The notes below the pieces were generated by a model. It had not been told where the DNA came from and did not search any database. It was given only the letters and a program-made list of their open reading frames with translations. A program made the translations under genes and the position numbers. Shown one piece after another: positions 35,480-44,056 of a stretch of DNA of 64,000 nt; the stretch's first letter is position 1; each line of letters begins with the position of its first letter. The DNA comes from Magnetospirillum sp. (GTDB lineage: Bacteria > Pseudomonadota > Alphaproteobacteria > CACIAM-22H2), in assembly GCA_027532905.1 (NCBI GenBank), contig JAPZUA010000001.1:663950-727949 (forward strand). Direction: 5' to 3'.

Positions 35480-36103
35480 ATGACCGTGAGACTTCGCCGC
35501 TTCCTTCGCGTTCTCGCCTTTGTCGGCCTTGCTCTGGCCGTGGCCGCCTGCCAGCACTACGCGGCGATCGGGCCAGGCAGCTACGACGTCCACGGCAAAA
35601 TCGCCGTCCAGCTCGACAGCCAATGGAACCGCCAGGTCGCCGGGCCGCGCGCGGCTTGGGACGAAAGCTGGACGCGCAATGGCCCGTTGCTCGACGCGCT
35701 CGTGATCGCGGCCGGCATTGCGGACGGCAAACCGCTCCTCGATGTGAGTGGCAAAGCGGCCGAGCAGTTGCCCAAATTCCGCCCTGGCATGGCGCCTGGT
35801 GACATCGTGACTTTGGTGCAAGGCACGCTCGGCTCTGCCGCGAAGGCCAGCGATTTCGAAACCACGAAGATCGAGACGACGCATATCGACGGGCGCGAGG
35901 CGGTACGCTTCGAATTCACCTTCGGAACCGGGGCCGACAGCCCGCTCGAAAGCGACCGCAAAGCGCTTGGCGTGGCGGTCGAGGTCGACCGTCAGCTCTA
36001 CCTCGTGCTGTTCCATGCCGTCGAAACCCACTATTTCGAGGCTTTGCGCCCGACGGTCGAAGCCGTGATGGAATCGGTCCGAATTCGGGCAAAAAAGGCC
36101 TGA
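35480..36103 (+). CDS. Hypothetical lipoprotein
   Basis: Signal peptide ending LAVAA-C; WTRNGPLLD, FRPGM; beta-rich C-half ending MESVRI. Confidence 0.78.
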   Translation: MTVRLRRFLRVLAFVGLALAVAACQHYAAIGPGSYDVHGKIAVQLDSQWNRQVAGPRAAWDESWTRNGPLLDALVIAAGIADGKPLLDVSGKAAEQLPKFRPGMAPGDIVTLVQGTLGSAAKASDFETTKIETTHIDGREAVRFEFTFGTGADSPLESDRKALGVAVEVDRQLYLVLFHAVETHYFEALRPTVEAVMESVRIRAKKA

Positions 36104-36181
36104 AGCCCCCCTGCCCCTTGCCCGACTCGGGGGCCAACCCCCATAGTTCGCGGAGTTTTTCCGCTTCGCACGAGGGTATGG

Positions 36182-36856
36182 ATGGGCCATCCGATCGAAC
36201 TGACCGCCACCGACGGCCACCGCTTCCAGGCATGGCGCGCCGATCCGCCGGGCAAGCCGCGCGCGGGCCTCGTGATCGTGCAGGAGATTTTCGGCGTCAA
36301 CGACCATATGCGCAAAGTCACCGACGGATTCGGCTACGACGGCTATCTGGCTTTGTGCCCGGCTTTGTTCGACCGCGTGACCCCCGGCATCGAGCTTGGC
36401 TACACCGAAGACGACATCGCCAAGGGCCGCGAAGTGCGCGGCAAAGTGCCCTATCCCAAAGCCCTCAACGACATCGCGGCGGCAGCGGCGGCGCTGCAGC
36501 GTGCGGGCTGCATCAAAGTGGCGGTGATCGGCTATTGCTGGGGCGGCACGCTCGCCTGGCTTGCGGCCACGCGCGTGACCGGCATCAACGCCGCGATCAG
36601 CTACTATGGCGGCGGGGTCGCGGAACACGCGCAGGAAAATCCGCGCTGCCCGGTCTTGTTCCATTTCGGCGAGACGGACGCCTCGATCCCGATGTCGGAC
36701 GTCGACAAGATCGGCCGCATGCAGCCCGACACCGACCTGTTCGTGTATCCGGCCGGGCACGGTTTTTCGTGCGACGCGCGCGGCAGCTACGACAAAGCTT
36801 CGTCCGACAAAGCGCGCGAACGCACGCGCGAGTTCCTGCGCCGCTACGCCGGCTGA
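36182..36856 (+). CDS. Dienelactone hydrolase family protein
   Basis: QEIFGVN, GYCWGG nucleophile elbow, YYGG, HFGETD, AGHGF. Confidence 0.92.
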   Translation: MGHPIELTATDGHRFQAWRADPPGKPRAGLVIVQEIFGVNDHMRKVTDGFGYDGYLALCPALFDRVTPGIELGYTEDDIAKGREVRGKVPYPKALNDIAAAAAALQRAGCIKVAVIGYCWGGTLAWLAATRVTGINAAISYYGGGVAEHAQENPRCPVLFHFGETDASIPMSDVDKIGRMQPDTDLFVYPAGHGFSCDARGSYDKASSDKARERTREFLRRYAG

Positions 36857-36907
36857 ACCTTTGGTTGCAATGCCTGGCATGCGTTTGCCGAGGGCCATCG
36901 CGTTCTC

Positions 36908-37762
36908 CTAGGCTTTCGAAAAGGCGATGGCCACACCGCCCGCAAGCTCAGGCGGCACATGGAGGCCCGCCCCGCGATCGCGCTCGAATTCGATGCCGCC
37001 GGCCTTGAGGGCGGCGGCACATTTGTCGAGATCGGCCGTGCGCAAGGTGAGGCCCGCATAACCTTGGCGCACGGGCTCGTCCGGGGCGACGGCCGGGTGC
37101 ATGAAGGTCATGTCGGCGGCGGTCACGAACATCAAAAATCCGCCGCCGCGCCCGCAGCGCACGGCAAGCGTGTCGTCGGTCGCAACGGCCGAGCCGAGTC
37201 CGAAAATCGCTTCGAACGGCTCTTGCAGGGCAAGCGGCGATTCGACCACGCAGGTGATGCTCTCGATGCCCACGACTTGGTTCGGGTGCGCGCACCATTC
37301 CGGCCGCCACACAAGCTCACGCGAGAGATGCTCGGTCACGAACGGCTTGAGCCCGCCCGGATAGGGCAACTCGGGCATCGCGAGCGCAAAACGCGGCTCG
37401 ACATTGCCGCTTGGCAGTTCGATGAAGCGCGAAAGATCCTTGACCGTATGGGGCAGCCCGCGCGCACCCAGCCAATCGGCGGCTTCGCCCGCTTTTTCGG
37501 CGGCCCAGGCGAGGCCGAGCAGCCCCGGCCCATCCGCGCTGAGCATCGCAGCCAAACCATTGTCGAAACCGGCCGGATCGATCTGGCCCAGCAGCTCGAC
37601 ATAGTCGTGTGCGAACATGACGCAGTAATTGCCGGTCCCCCAGCCTTTGTGGCGACCGCGCGGGCTCACGACGAAGCCCAGGCTCTGCCACAATGCGCGC
37701 GCGGCCTCGAGATCGTCCGTACCGACGATCGCGTGGTCGATGCCGCGAAGGGGACCGATCAC
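36908..37762 (-). CDS. VOC / glyoxalase-like family protein
   Basis: GIDHAIV, LGF, GRHKGWGTGN, YVELL, HPN. GTG start 8 nt after the upstream stop. Confidence 0.85.
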   Translation of the reverse strand: MIGPLRGIDHAIVGTDDLEAARALWQSLGFVVSPRGRHKGWGTGNYCVMFAHDYVELLGQIDPAGFDNGLAAMLSADGPGLLGLAWAAEKAGEAADWLGARGLPHTVKDLSRFIELPSGNVEPRFALAMPELPYPGGLKPFVTEHLSRELVWRPEWCAHPNQVVGIESITCVVESPLALQEPFEAIFGLGSAVATDDTLAVRCGRGGGFLMFVTAADMTFMHPAVAPDEPVRQGYAGLTLRTADLDKCAAALKAGGIEFERDRGAGLHVPPELAGGVAIAFSKA

Positions 37763-37770
37763 CGCGGCAC

Positions 37771-39819
37771 CTAGCGCAGTGCTGCGGCGATGTTGCCGCC
37801 ATCGACCGTGAGGATGGCGCCCGTCGTCTTCTCGGCCAACGCCAAGAACACGAAGGCCTGTGCCACGTCTTCGGCCGTCACTTCGCGGCCCAGGAGATTG
37901 CCGCCCATGTAGTCGCGCTCGCTCAAGCCCCGCGCTTTCGAGCGGCTGGCGATCATCGCATCGGTCAGCAAACCGGTGCGCACGCGGTCGGCATTGATGC
38001 CGTTCGCGCGAATGCCGAGACTGCCGTAATCGACCGCGTATTGGCGCAGCAAGAACAGCGTCGAAGCCTTCGGCAGACCGTAGGGCCCGAAATCGGGGCC
38101 CGGATTGACCGCCTGCTTCGACACGTTGAACAGCAACGCTCCGCCCGTTCCTTGCGCCTTCATCACGCGCACGGCGTTCTGCGCCACATGCTGGTGCGCG
38201 AAGAAATTGAGCTCGAAACTGTCGCGCAGGACCTTCTCGTCGACCTCGCCGATCTTGCCCTGCCACGCGGCCCCGGCATTCGACACGACGATGTCCACGC
38301 CGCCAAAGCGCGCCACGGCCGCATCGAACGCCGCACGCACGTCGCCGGGCTGGGTCACGTCGCAGGCCAACCCAAGCCCGCCGAATTTGCGCGCAGCTGC
38401 TTGGGCCGAAGCCCCGTCGCGGTCGAGAATCACGATCTCGCAGCCCTCGGCCGCAAACGCCGCCGCACTCGCAAGCCCGATGCCCGACGCCCCGCCGGTG
38501 ACGAGTGCGACATGGCGCTGCAGGCGTTTTTCAGCCGCCTTGCCGAGCTTGGCCTGTTCGAGCGACCAATATTCGACGTCGAACAGATCGGCCTCGCTCA
38601 CGCTTTCGAAGCGGCCGAGCGCTTCGGCATCCGCAATCGTCGCGGCGGCATTCTCGATGAGATCGCCTGCGATCTTCGCGTCTTTGGATGTCGCACCGGC
38701 GCAGAAAGCGCCAATACCGGGGACCAGCACCACGCGCGGGCTCGTATCGAGGATCTTCTTAATGCCGCCCACACGCGCGTTGTGCGTCTCGAAATACGCG
38801 CGATATTCGGCATCGTAGGCGGCCCGCTCGGCGCGCAGATTGCTCGCAAACGCGTCGAGTTCGCCCGCCACGGGGGCCGCGACGACCATCGGCTTGCCCT
38901 TGGTGCGGATCACATGATCGGGCGTGATGACGCCCGAACGCGCATAGCGCTGCACCTCGGCACCGTTGACGAAATTCATCACGGCCGGGCTCTTGCGCAG
39001 ATCGAGCACGAACCGCTTGAAGCGCCCTTCGCCCGACGGCAACGCCAGAACGCCGCGAATGAGCGGTGCTATTTCGGCCGCACTGGCAAGCTTCGCCGGC
39101 AGTGGGCTTGCGGCGAAAACCTTGCGGCCCGCTTTGGCAAGCCTTGCTTCGGCAAGGCTCACAAGCTCGATCATGCGGTCGTAGGACTCTTGCGCCGTTG
39201 CCCCCCACGCGAAGATGCCGTGCTTGTGCAGCACCAGCCCGTCCGCCTTGGGGTGTGCGGCCGCCACTTCGCCCGCGCGCTTGGCAAGATCGAAGCCCGG
39301 CATAACGTAATCGACGATAGGTGCGCGATCGCCATAGACCTCGCGCAGCAGATCCATGCCGTTGGCATGGTCCGACACGCCGAGCACGGCATTGGCATGC
39401 GTGTGGTCGATGAATTTCGCGGGCAGGAACGCATGGAACAGGGTTTCGACCGACGGGTTCGGCGCGTTGGAATCCAGCAGATTGAGGCGCTGGAAATTGA
39501 CCATGTCTTCGTCGGTGAGGCGGTCGAGCTTGGTGAGTTTGCGCAACGGCTCGAGGCGCACGGCCGGCAGGCCCGGCGGCTCGATCGAACCCATGTCCCA
39601 GCCCGAGCCCTTCACGCACAGCACGTCGACTTCCTCGCCGAGCGTGTCTTTGAGGCGCGTTTTGACCGAACTGTTGCCGCCGCCATGCAGCACCAGCTCC
39701 GGCACCTGACCGATCAGGCGCGTGGTGTAGGTCTTCAGCGCAATGTCTTCGTTCCAGCCTTGCGCACCGTATTTGGCGATGGCGGCATTGGCATCGGCTT
39801 GGCTGTAGAGGTTTTTCAT
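37771..39819 (-). CDS. Bifunctional class II aldolase / short-chain dehydrogenase
   Basis: Aldolase motifs GGGNSS, KGSG, PSVETLFH, HTH, HKHG; SDR motifs TGGASGIG, NAG, YGLPK, VDGG. Confidence 0.9.
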   Translation of the reverse strand: MKNLYSQADANAAIAKYGAQGWNEDIALKTYTTRLIGQVPELVLHGGGNSSVKTRLKDTLGEEVDVLCVKGSGWDMGSIEPPGLPAVRLEPLRKLTKLDRLTDEDMVNFQRLNLLDSNAPNPSVETLFHAFLPAKFIDHTHANAVLGVSDHANGMDLLREVYGDRAPIVDYVMPGFDLAKRAGEVAAAHPKADGLVLHKHGIFAWGATAQESYDRMIELVSLAEARLAKAGRKVFAASPLPAKLASAAEIAPLIRGVLALPSGEGRFKRFVLDLRKSPAVMNFVNGAEVQRYARSGVITPDHVIRTKGKPMVVAAPVAGELDAFASNLRAERAAYDAEYRAYFETHNARVGGIKKILDTSPRVVLVPGIGAFCAGATSKDAKIAGDLIENAAATIADAEALGRFESVSEADLFDVEYWSLEQAKLGKAAEKRLQRHVALVTGGASGIGLASAAAFAAEGCEIVILDRDGASAQAAARKFGGLGLACDVTQPGDVRAAFDAAVARFGGVDIVVSNAGAAWQGKIGEVDEKVLRDSFELNFFAHQHVAQNAVRVMKAQGTGGALLFNVSKQAVNPGPDFGPYGLPKASTLFLLRQYAVDYGSLGIRANGINADRVRTGLLTDAMIASRSKARGLSERDYMGGNLLGREVTAEDVAQAFVFLALAEKTTGAILTVDGGNIAAALR

Positions 39820-39825
39820 GTGCGC

Positions 39826-40728
39826 TCAGCCCTGCTTCTTGAGAACGCGGCCCGCCACAACGGCGAGCTTTTCGACCATGGCGGGATCGCGGTGGGCCGG
39901 CCCCGTGATGAGGGCGGCTTCGAGCGAGGTGTGGCAGCCCGCATGGCAGGCATCGGTGCGGCTCGTGAGGCGCGGGGCGACGGCCTTCACCAACGCGCGC
40001 GCCTTGTCGGCGTTTTCGAGCAGCACTTTGATGACCGCATCGACCGTGACGTGGTCGTGGTCGGGATGCCAGCAATCGTAGTCGGTGACCATCGCGACGG
40101 TGGCGTAGCAAAGCTCGGCTTCGCGCGCGAGTTTGGCTTCGGGCATGTTCGTCATGCCGATCACCGAACAGCCCCAGCTGCGATAGAGCTCGCTTTCGGC
40201 CTTCGACGAAAATTGCGGGCCTTCCATGACCATGTAGGTGCCGCCGCGCGTGTGCGGCAGGCCGATGGTTTTGGCTGCCGCCTCGAGATGGTCGCCGAGG
40301 CGCGAGCACACCGGATGCGCCATCGACACGTGCGCCACGAGCCCCGTGCCGAAAAAGCTTTTCTGGCGCGCAAACGTGCGGTCGATGAACTGGTCGATGA
40401 TGACAAAATGGCCCGGCGGCAATTCGGCTTTGAGCGAGCCCACCGCCGAAACCGACACGATTTCCGTGACCCCCGCCTGTTTCAGCGCGGAGATATTGGC
40501 GCGGAAATTGAGATCGCTGGGTGCGGTTTTGTGGCCGCGCCCGTGGCGCGGCAAAAACACGATCGGCTGGCCGTCGAGCTCGCCGAACATGAGCTCGTCG
40601 GACGGCTTGCCCCACGGCGTCTCGAACGCCTGCCAGCGGATATTCGCAAGCCCCGGAATGTCGTAGACGCCCGAACCGCCGATGACGCCCAGCTTGGGCG
40701 GCGTGCCGGGAGAAGGATGGGTGCTCAT
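39826..40728 (-). CDS. mtnP: S-methyl-5'-thioadenosine phosphorylase
   Basis: IGGSG, TPWG, PRHGRGH, SAVGSL, DQFIDRT, EGPQFS, IGMT, TDYDCW. Confidence 0.95.
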   Translation of the reverse strand: MSTHPSPGTPPKLGVIGGSGVYDIPGLANIRWQAFETPWGKPSDELMFGELDGQPIVFLPRHGRGHKTAPSDLNFRANISALKQAGVTEIVSVSAVGSLKAELPPGHFVIIDQFIDRTFARQKSFFGTGLVAHVSMAHPVCSRLGDHLEAAAKTIGLPHTRGGTYMVMEGPQFSSKAESELYRSWGCSVIGMTNMPEAKLAREAELCYATVAMVTDYDCWHPDHDHVTVDAVIKVLLENADKARALVKAVAPRLTSRTDACHAGCHTSLEAALITGPAHRDPAMVEKLAVVAGRVLKKQG

Positions 40729-41501
40729 CGCGTGCGGGCTCCGGATTCGGGTGGGGGTGGCATGGCGGGTTTGGACGGTGAAGCGGCGTTCCTTTTAGCC
40801 GATTTGGGCGGTTTGGAAATAGGCGACGATGCGTTGCCAAACGCGACCGTCGCCGGTTTATCCGCTTGATTCTTCTCCAATGTCGCCTCGGCGCGCGTTT
40901 GCGTAACATTGGTTTCCGACGGCACTTCGGCGGGCGGATCGAGCGCTTCGTCGAAATAGGGGGCGCTCGGATCGACGGGATCGAGATTCATCTCGGGCGG
41001 CATTGGAGGAAGTTTGCGGCCCGGCAGACCGTGGGCTGCAAGCCCCAGCCGGTCGGCGAGCCACATCGCCACGCGCACATTGCCGCTCAGGACCTCGCGC
41101 TCGAGCAGCATGGCGATCGGCCGGCGCAAAGCCTCGACCTGCGCCCCGCATTCGGCGGCAATGCGCGCGCGTTCCTCGCCCAGGCGCACGCGCATCGCGT
41201 TCGACGAGCGCAGAATGCGCCAAATATGCTGGCGCGAGCAGCCGACGAAGCGGGCAACCTCGATGGTCGGCACGCCGTCGGCAAGCAGGGAAGCCGCCTC
41301 GCCCCAATCGATGCGCCGACGCGGACCCCGCCGCAGACGGCGGTGGGCGGCTTCCGCCGAGGGCCCGTTTGGCGGATCCCGCGGGGCCGTTTCGCTAAAA
41401 TCCGGTTCCGGCAGACCGATTGCGGCGCTGCGCAAGCCGGCACCTTCCGGAACATTAAGCGAATTAGTTTGACGCTCGTGATCATCTCGTATATTTTCCA
41501 T
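40725..41501 (-). CDS. Hypothetical helix-turn-helix protein (small-terminase-like architecture)
   Basis: IDWGEAASLLADG...EVARFVGCSRQHIWRIL HTH, helical segment ending GNVRVAMWLADRLGL, Pro-rich disordered termini. GGAG SD before ATG 41501. Confidence 0.65.
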   Translation of the reverse strand: MENIRDDHERQTNSLNVPEGAGLRSAAIGLPEPDFSETAPRDPPNGPSAEAAHRRLRRGPRRRIDWGEAASLLADGVPTIEVARFVGCSRQHIWRILRSSNAMRVRLGEERARIAAECGAQVEALRRPIAMLLEREVLSGNVRVAMWLADRLGLAAHGLPGRKLPPMPPEMNLDPVDPSAPYFDEALDPPAEVPSETNVTQTRAEATLEKNQADKPATVAFGNASSPISKPPKSAKRNAASPSKPAMPPPPESGARTR

Positions 41502-41520
41502 TTTACGCTCCAAAGCAGAG

Positions 41521-41562
41521 TTTACGGATAATAATCCTAACACAGCTGCGCGCTTTTTGCAA
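41521..41562 (-). promoter_or_regulatory. Sigma70-like promoter with an overlapping palindrome upstream of the HTH gene
   Basis: Minus strand TTGCAA-N17-TAGGAT. The -10 element lies inside the inverted repeat TTAGGAT-TATT-ATCCGTAA, in an AT-rich patch. Confidence 0.5.
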
Positions 41563-41623
41563 GCCCGCTTTGCGCGACGCCTTTCCGGATTCAATGGCGC
41601 GAATTCTGCTCTATCTCTGGCGC

Positions 41624-41902
41624 ATGACCGACAGCAGCCCGCCCCAAACCGCCCCGACCCGAAGCTGGCGCCTGCCCAACCGCGCGCAGACCGTGCTGGT
41701 GCCGTTTTTCCTGGCGGGGTTCATGACGCTGATCGTGTCGTCGATCGCGACCGTGAAGGCCGTGGGCTTCGCCGACGACATCGTGTGGCGCATCGCAGCT
41801 GCTTGGGCGACGAGCTTCGTCGTGGCGTTCCCGTGCGTACTCGTAATCCTGCCGCTCGTGCGCAAACTGGTCGGGCGCCTCGTCGAACCGCCGCCGGGTT
41901 AA
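41624..41902 (+). CDS. DUF2798-like small membrane protein
   Basis: PFFLAGFMTLIVS...WATSFVVAFPCVLVILPLVRKLV. Confidence 0.8.
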   Translation: MTDSSPPQTAPTRSWRLPNRAQTVLVPFFLAGFMTLIVSSIATVKAVGFADDIVWRIAAAWATSFVVAFPCVLVILPLVRKLVGRLVEPPPG

Positions 41903-41909
41903 GCGCACG

Positions 41910-41984
41910 ACACTTAGCAAGAGTGCTAAGTATTTTCTTGCGTCGGCAAAGCCGATGGATATAGTTAGCGATATGTCTAACTAT
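41910..41984. promoter_or_regulatory. Two palindromic operators of the ArsR regulator
   Basis: ACACTTAG-N8-CTAAGTAT (41910-33) and ATAGTTAG-N8-CTAACTAT (41961-84, spanning the start codon). Confidence 0.7.
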
Positions 41985-42314
41985 TCACCCGATCTCTCCC
42001 TGCTCTTCCATGCCCTCGCCGATCCGACGCGGCGCGCGATCCTGGCTCGGCTGGCGCAAGCACCTGCGCGTGTGACGGATCTCGCCGGGCCGACGGGATT
42101 GCGGCTGCCCACAGTGATGCGGCACCTCGCCGTTCTCGAAGCGGCCGGGCTGTTGTCCACGTCGAAGGACGGACGCACGCGCACCTGCGCAATCGTGCCC
42201 GCAGCACTGGCGCCGGCGCAGACATGGCTCGACGAACGCCGCGCCGCTTGGGAAGCGCGGCTCGATCGGCTGGAGGCATTTGTGACGAACGCGGCGAAGG
42301 GATCCGAACAATGA
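41973..42314 (+). CDS. ArsR/SmtB family transcriptional regulator
   Basis: FHALADPTRRAIL, HLAVLEAAGL, KDGRTRTC, WEARLDRL. Confidence 0.92.
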   Translation: MSNYSPDLSLLFHALADPTRRAILARLAQAPARVTDLAGPTGLRLPTVMRHLAVLEAAGLLSTSKDGRTRTCAIVPAALAPAQTWLDERRAAWEARLDRLEAFVTNAAKGSEQ

Positions 42315-43210
42315 CGCCAAGCGACGATCGAAACGGCAAAGACCGTTTTGCCACACTGACCTTCGAGCGCGACGTCGCCGTAGCTGCGTCGGCGCTGTGG
42401 GCGGCCTGGACCGCACCGGCCGCGCGCGCGATCTGGGCGGCACCCTCGCCCGCCGTGACCGTGGAATTTCTCGAGACCGCAACCAAAGTCGGCGAGCGCG
42501 AAGTTTCGCTCTGCAAGTCGAAAGGCCATCCCGACATTCGCTGCGAGTGCGGTTGGCTCGTGTTGCAGCCAACGCAGCGCAGCGTGAACTACGAGTTGCT
42601 CTCTTCGGACGGCGTGCCGCAATCGGCAGCGCTCGTGACGGCGGATATCTCGGGCAAAGGCGCCGCCAGTCGGCTCGTCGTGACGGTGCAGCTCTCGGCA
42701 CTGGCCGCCGACATGGCGGACGGTTATCGCCACGGCTTCGGCGCAGGCCTGGCCAATCTCGCTGGCGTGGCTGAGCGCACAATGCTTCTGCAACGCACGA
42801 TCAAGGCGCCGCGCAACAGGGTCTGGGGCGCTTGGATGAACGAACGCACACTGCCGCAATGGTGGGGGCCGGAAGGTTTTTCGTGCCGGACGACGCGGAT
42901 CGATCTGCGCGCGGGCGGGGAATGGGTGTTCGACATGATCGGCCCCGACGGCACGGTCTATCCGAACCATCATCGCTACCACACGGTCCAGCCCGAAGAT
43001 TGGATCGGCTACACGCTGCATTGGGGCGAAAACGGCCCCAAACATGCCGACGCATGGGCTTCGTTCGAAGAAGCGAACGGTGCCACGACCGTGACGCTCG
43101 GCATGGTGTTCAGCACGGCCGCCGAGTTCCAGACGGCGAAGGGCTTCGGTGCCGTGGAACTCGGCCAGGAAACGCTGGGCAAGCTCGAACGCTTCGTCGC
43201 AGCAAGCTGA
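42311..43210 (+). CDS. Tandem SRPBCC (AHSA1/START-like) domain protein
   Basis: Two domains: LTFERD...LWAAWT, and LQRTIKAPRNRVWGAW...WWGPEGF...DLRAGGEW. ATGA overlap with the ArsR gene. Confidence 0.88.
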   Translation: MTPSDDRNGKDRFATLTFERDVAVAASALWAAWTAPAARAIWAAPSPAVTVEFLETATKVGEREVSLCKSKGHPDIRCECGWLVLQPTQRSVNYELLSSDGVPQSAALVTADISGKGAASRLVVTVQLSALAADMADGYRHGFGAGLANLAGVAERTMLLQRTIKAPRNRVWGAWMNERTLPQWWGPEGFSCRTTRIDLRAGGEWVFDMIGPDGTVYPNHHRYHTVQPEDWIGYTLHWGENGPKHADAWASFEEANGATTVTLGMVFSTAAEFQTAKGFGAVELGQETLGKLERFVAAS

Positions 43211-43242
43211 GAGGTCGCGGCCGCGCAACGCGCGCCCAATAG

Positions 43243-43273
43243 AAAAGGCCGGTCCTGAGGGACCGGCCTTTTT
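43243..43273. terminator. Bidirectional rho-independent terminator between the SRPBCC gene and petC
   Basis: AAAAGGCCGGTCC-TGAG-GGACCGGCCTTTTT. Confidence 0.9.
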
Positions 43274-43297
43274 GCGTTGTCTCGATCGCGGAAAACC

Positions 43298-44056
43298 TCA
43301 GTGCAGGTTTTTCCAGATCTTGCGCTTGGTCGCGTAGAGGAGGCCTGTGAAGATGAACAGGAACAGCATCACCTTCACGCCCAGCGAGTTGCGCGCCTCG
43401 AGATGCGGCGAGGCGGCGAAGGCGAGGAACGTCGAGACGTCCTTCGACATCTGCTCGACCGTGGCGGGCGTGCCGTCGGCATACTGCACGCTGTCGGGCT
43501 GGATCGGCTGCGCCATCGCGATCTGATGGCCCGGGAACCATTTGTTGTAGTTCATGCCGTCGGCCAGCTTCACGTCGGCCGGCGGATCGGCATAGCCGGT
43601 CAGCAGCGCGTAGACGTAGTTTTCGCCGCCCAAACGGTTCTTGGCGATCAGCGACAGGTCGAGCGGATAGGCGCCGTTGTTGACCGCGCGTGCGGCCAAC
43701 TCGTTGGCGAAGGGCGACTTGAAACGATCCGAAGCGCGCGACGGGCGCTGGAACATTTCGCCTTCGTCGTTGGGACCGTCGGTCGTTTCGTACTCGGCCG
43801 CGATCGCCGCGATTTCGGCTTCCGAAAGGCCGATGCCGGCCAAGTTGCGGTAGCGCATCTGCTTCATCGCGTGGCAGGCCGAGCAGACTTCCTTGTAGAC
43901 CTGGAAGCCGCGCTGCAGCGACGCGCGGTCGAACGTGCCGAAGAAGCCGTCATGCGCCCATTTCTGCTTGGGCGGCACCAGAACTTCGGCCGCCTGGACG
44001 GGAACCGCAGCGACGGCCAGCACGGCCGCGACGGCGAGGAACTTCACGAAACGCAT
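43298..44056 (-). CDS. petC: Cytochrome c1
   Basis: Signal peptide, LQRGFQVYKEVCSACH heme motif, IAMAQP, C-terminal TM helix and KRKIW. Confidence 0.96.
   Translation of the reverse strand: MRFVKFLAVAAVLAVAAVPVQAAEVLVPPKQKWAHDGFFGTFDRASLQRGFQVYKEVCSACHAMKQMRYRNLAGIGLSEAEIAAIAAEYETTDGPNDEGEMFQRPSRASDRFKSPFANELAARAVNNGAYPLDLSLIAKNRLGGENYVYALLTGYADPPADVKLADGMNYNKWFPGHQIAMAQPIQPDSVQYADGTPATVEQMSKDVSTFLAFAASPHLEARNSLGVKVMLFLFIFTGLLYATKRKIWKNLH

Noticed and set aside
37693..40869. 1058-aa plus-strand ORF, and many similar 200-950 aa ORFs (for example 34037-36898, 22716-24650, 14552-16309)
   Set aside because: Antisense or off-frame shadows of well-supported genes, expected at this GC content; no recognisable motifs.
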